Shown here in pieces: positions 61,706 through 64,000 of a DNA stretch of 64,000 nucleotides. A program made the position numbers and the translations under genes. This DNA comes from an uncultured Alphaproteobacteria bacterium (lineage in GTDB: Bacteria; Pseudomonadota; Alphaproteobacteria; Rhodobacterales; Rhodobacteraceae): the NCBI GenBank assembly GCA_963763295.1, contig CAVXOH010000017.1, positions 7,465 to 71,464 of the forward strand, in the 5' to 3' direction. Each line of letters opens with the position of its first letter. Within the stretch, counting starts at the first letter, position 1. The notes under the pieces were generated by a model, which was given only the letters and a program-made list of their open reading frames with translations, had not been told where the DNA came from and ran no database searches.

Positions 61706-64000
61706 TCAGCCCGGCGTGAGGCCCGCTTCGGCGAGGAGGGCGGCGGCGGCTTCGCTGACGAGGCGTGCCTCGGCCTTGCCGCCGGAGATCGGCACCTTGC
61801 CCATCTCGAGGAAGAGCGGCGCGGCGAGGGGCGTCACGTGCGGGGCGCGCACCACGTCGATGCGGCCGGAGATGCGGGAGAGCATCTCCTCGATGCGGCC
61901 GAAGTCGACGAGACCGCGGCCGGCTTCGTCGCGGGTGATGCGCAGCAGCAGGTGCCCGGGGTCGTACTTCCTGAGCGTGTCGTACAGGATGTCGGAGGAG
62001 AAGGTCGCCTGCCGGCCGGTCTTGCGCAGGCCCGGCATGTTGCGCTCGATCAGCCCGGCGACGGTGGCGGCGTTGCGGAAGGTGCGCTTCATCACCGCGT
62101 TGTCGCCGAGCCAGCCTTCGAGGCCGTCGCGCAGGCCCTCGGGCGTCAGCAGCGCCGCCGGGTCGGGCACCTCGTCGAGGCCGGAGATCAGGAGCGCGTA
62201 GTCGTTGGCGACGAAGCCGATCGGGTTGAGCTCGAGGAGCTCCATGCGCCGGGTCACCAGCAGGCCGAGGGTCTGGTGGGCGTTGCGGCCGGCGAAGCCG
62301 TAGAGGCAGAGGTGGCGGCGCGGGCCGCGCGGGAAGGTCTCGGCGAGGAGATGGCCGGGGCGGGGCATGCGGCTGACCTCGGCCTGCAGCGACAGCCACT
62401 CCCGCATGTGGTCGGGCAGGCCGGACCAGGCGGCGGGGTTCGCGAGGAGCTCGATCACCCGGTGCGAGAGGAGCGTCGAGGTGGCGAGCTTGGTGCCGGC
62501 GTAGATCGCGACCCTGGGCGAGGCGGAGGCCTGGCGGGTGACCTCGACGGTCATCTCGCGCAGGGATTCGTAGCGGACGGTCTCGCCGCCGAAGAGGAAG
62601 GTGTCGCCGGGGGTGAGCGAGGCGGCGAAGTCCTCCTCGATCTCGCCCAAGGGGGCACCGCCGCGGCCCTTGAGGCGGACCTTCAGGAGCTCGGTCGTCA
62701 CGATGGTGCCGACGTTCATCCGGATGGCGCGGGCGCGGCGCGGGTCGCGGAGCTGCCAGCGGCCGTCGCGCAGGCTGAGGCGCTGCCAGCGGTCGTAGGC
62801 CCTGAGCGCGTAGCCGCCGGTGGCGCAGTAGGCGAGGCAGGCGTCGAAGTCGGCGCGCGGCAGGGCGCGGTAGGGGCCGGCGGTCGTGACCTCGGCGAAG
62901 AGGGCGTCGGCGTCGAACGGGCCGGCGCAGGCGGTGAGCAGGATGTGCTGGCAGAGGACGTCGAGCGGGCCGGGGCCGCGCGGGGCGCCGTCGAGGGTGT
63001 GCTCGTGCACGGCGTCGAGGGCGGCGCGGCATTCGAGCAGCTCGAAGCGGTTCGAGGGGACGAGGACGGCGCGGGAGGGGGCGTTGTAGCGGTGGTTGGC
63101 ACGGCCGATGCGCTGGACGAGGCGCTTGACGTTCTTCGGCGCGCCGACCTGGACGACGAGGTCGACGTCGCCCCAGTCGATGCCGAGGTCGAGCGAGCCG
63201 GTGGCGACGATGGCGCGGAGCTCGCCAGCGACCATCGCCGCCTCGACCTTTTGGCGCGATTCGCGGGAGAGCGAGCCATGGTGGAGGGCAATGGGCAGTG
63301 CCTCGTCGTTCTGCGCCCAGAGGTGCTGGAAGAACACCTCGGCCTGGGCGCGGGTGTTGATGAAGACGAGGGTGATGGCGGCGCCGCGGATCAGGTCCAT
63401 CACCGCGGGGGCGGCGTAGGTGGCGGTCTGGCCGGCCCAGGGCGGCGGCGCCTCGGTCTCGAGGATCGAGATGTCGGGCTCGGGGCCGGGGTCGGCGAGG
63501 AGGACCTGCGTAGCGGGGCCGAGATAGGCGGCGAGTGCGGGGGGGTCCTCGACGGTGGCGGAGAGGGCGACGCGGCGGAGGCCGGGGGCGAGGGTCTGCA
63601 GGCGGGCGAGGCCGAGCATCAGCTGGTCGCCGCGCTTCGACTCGGCGAGCGCGTGGATCTCGTCGATGACGATGCGGGAGACGGCGGCGAAGATGCGCGG
63701 CGCCTCCTCGTAGGAGAGCATCAGCGCGAGGGACTCGGGCGTGGTGAGGAGGATGTGCGGCGGGTCGACGCGCTGGCGGGCGCGCTCGCGGGCGCTGGTG
63801 TCGCCGGTGCGGTCCTCGACGCGGATCGCGAGGTTCATCTCGGCGAGCGGGGCGCCGAGGTTGCGGCGGATGTCGGCGGCGAGCGCCTTCAGCGGCGAGA
63901 CGTAGAGGGTGTGGAGGCCGGGCGGGGGCGCGGGGCCGAGCTCGACCAGCGAGGGGAGGAAGCCCGCCAGCGTCTTGCCGCCGCCGGTCGGGGCGATGAG
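61706..64000 (-). CDS. Ligase-associated Lhr-like DEXH-box helicase (5' end outside the window)
   Basis: PTGGGKT at the window edge, TTPES, DEIH, HHGSL, LGID, QRIGRANH. Confidence 0.94.
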   Translation of the reverse strand, partial: LIAPTGGGKTLAGFLPSLVELGPAPPPGLHTLYVSPLKALAADIRRNLGAPLAEMNLAIRVEDRTGDTSARERARQRVDPPHILLTTPESLALMLSYEEAPRIFAAVSRIVIDEIHALAESKRGDQLMLGLARLQTLAPGLRRVALSATVEDPPALAAYLGPATQVLLADPGPEPDISILETEAPPPWAGQTATYAAPAVMDLIRGAAITLVFINTRAQAEVFFQHLWAQNDEALPIALHHGSLSRESRQKVEAAMVAGELRAIVATGSLDLGIDWGDVDLVVQVGAPKNVKRLVQRIGRANHRYNAPSRAVLVPSNRFELLECRAALDAVHEHTLDGAPRGPGPLDVLCQHILLTACAGPFDADALFAEVTTAGPYRALPRADFDACLAYCATGGYALRAYDRWQRLSLRDGRWQLRDPRRARAIRMNVGTIVTTELLKVRLKGRGGAPLGEIEEDFAASLTPGDTFLFGGETVRYESLREMTVEVTRQASASPRVAIYAGTKLATSTLLSHRVIELLANPAAWSGLPDHMREWLSLQAEVSRMPRPGHLLAETFPRGPRRHLCLYGFAGRNAHQTLGLLVTRRMELLELNPIGFVANDYALLISGLDEVPDPAALLTPEGLRDGLEGWLGDNAVMKRTFRNAATVAGLIERNMPGLRKTGRQATFSSDILYDTLRKYDPGHLLLRITRDEAGRGLVDFGRIEEMLSRISGRIDVVRAPHVTPLAAPLFLEMGKVPISGGKAEARLVSEAAAALLAEAGLTPG

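Overview
GC-rich alphaproteobacterial chromosome segment. Gene order and content point to Rhodobacterales; this is inference, not a database result. About 60 CDS, mostly housekeeping: a coxMNOP-type cytochrome c oxidase operon, a sugar-acid ABC/uxuA operon, an ECF sigma-cupredoxin operon, aminotransferase-hom-glpX, phaC, glyA, nadK, a protein acetyltransferase, etfBA, hbd, hda, nadD-dacB, ruvCAB-ybgC-tolQRAB-pal-cpoB-tilS-ftsH, folD, and pdeM plus an Lhr-like helicase cut by the window end. No rRNA, tRNA, CRISPR array, transposase or integrase was found. Several genes (uxuA, both permeases, the binding protein, glyA, a lipoprotein, ybgC, tolQ) carry frameshifts; those I could reconstruct are +1 single-base duplications, most likely long-read consensus errors. 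The most interesting signals are non-coding. (1) Seven dispersed intergenic elements in two families (A and B), each built on 3-4 tandem 11-bp units, lie just 3' of genes in a family-consistent orientation. (2) A lower-GC stretch at 1-920 carries 12 GTAACC/GGTTAC iteron-like motifs in inverted arrays, probably the edge or origin of a phage-like element. (3) There are GC-rich nested-palindrome REP-like repeats. (4) Candidate regulatory sites include an ECF autoregulatory promoter, an EcfG-type promoter before a 24-aa ORF, and a perfect LexA box before a DUF3300-like gene with a 63-bp tandem-repeat tail. (5) Two genes may start at CTG overlapping the upstream stop, and two paralogous small lipoproteins flank a DUF4336-like gene. 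No complete novel multi-gene system can be proven from this window; the 11-bp-array elements are the best candidate.
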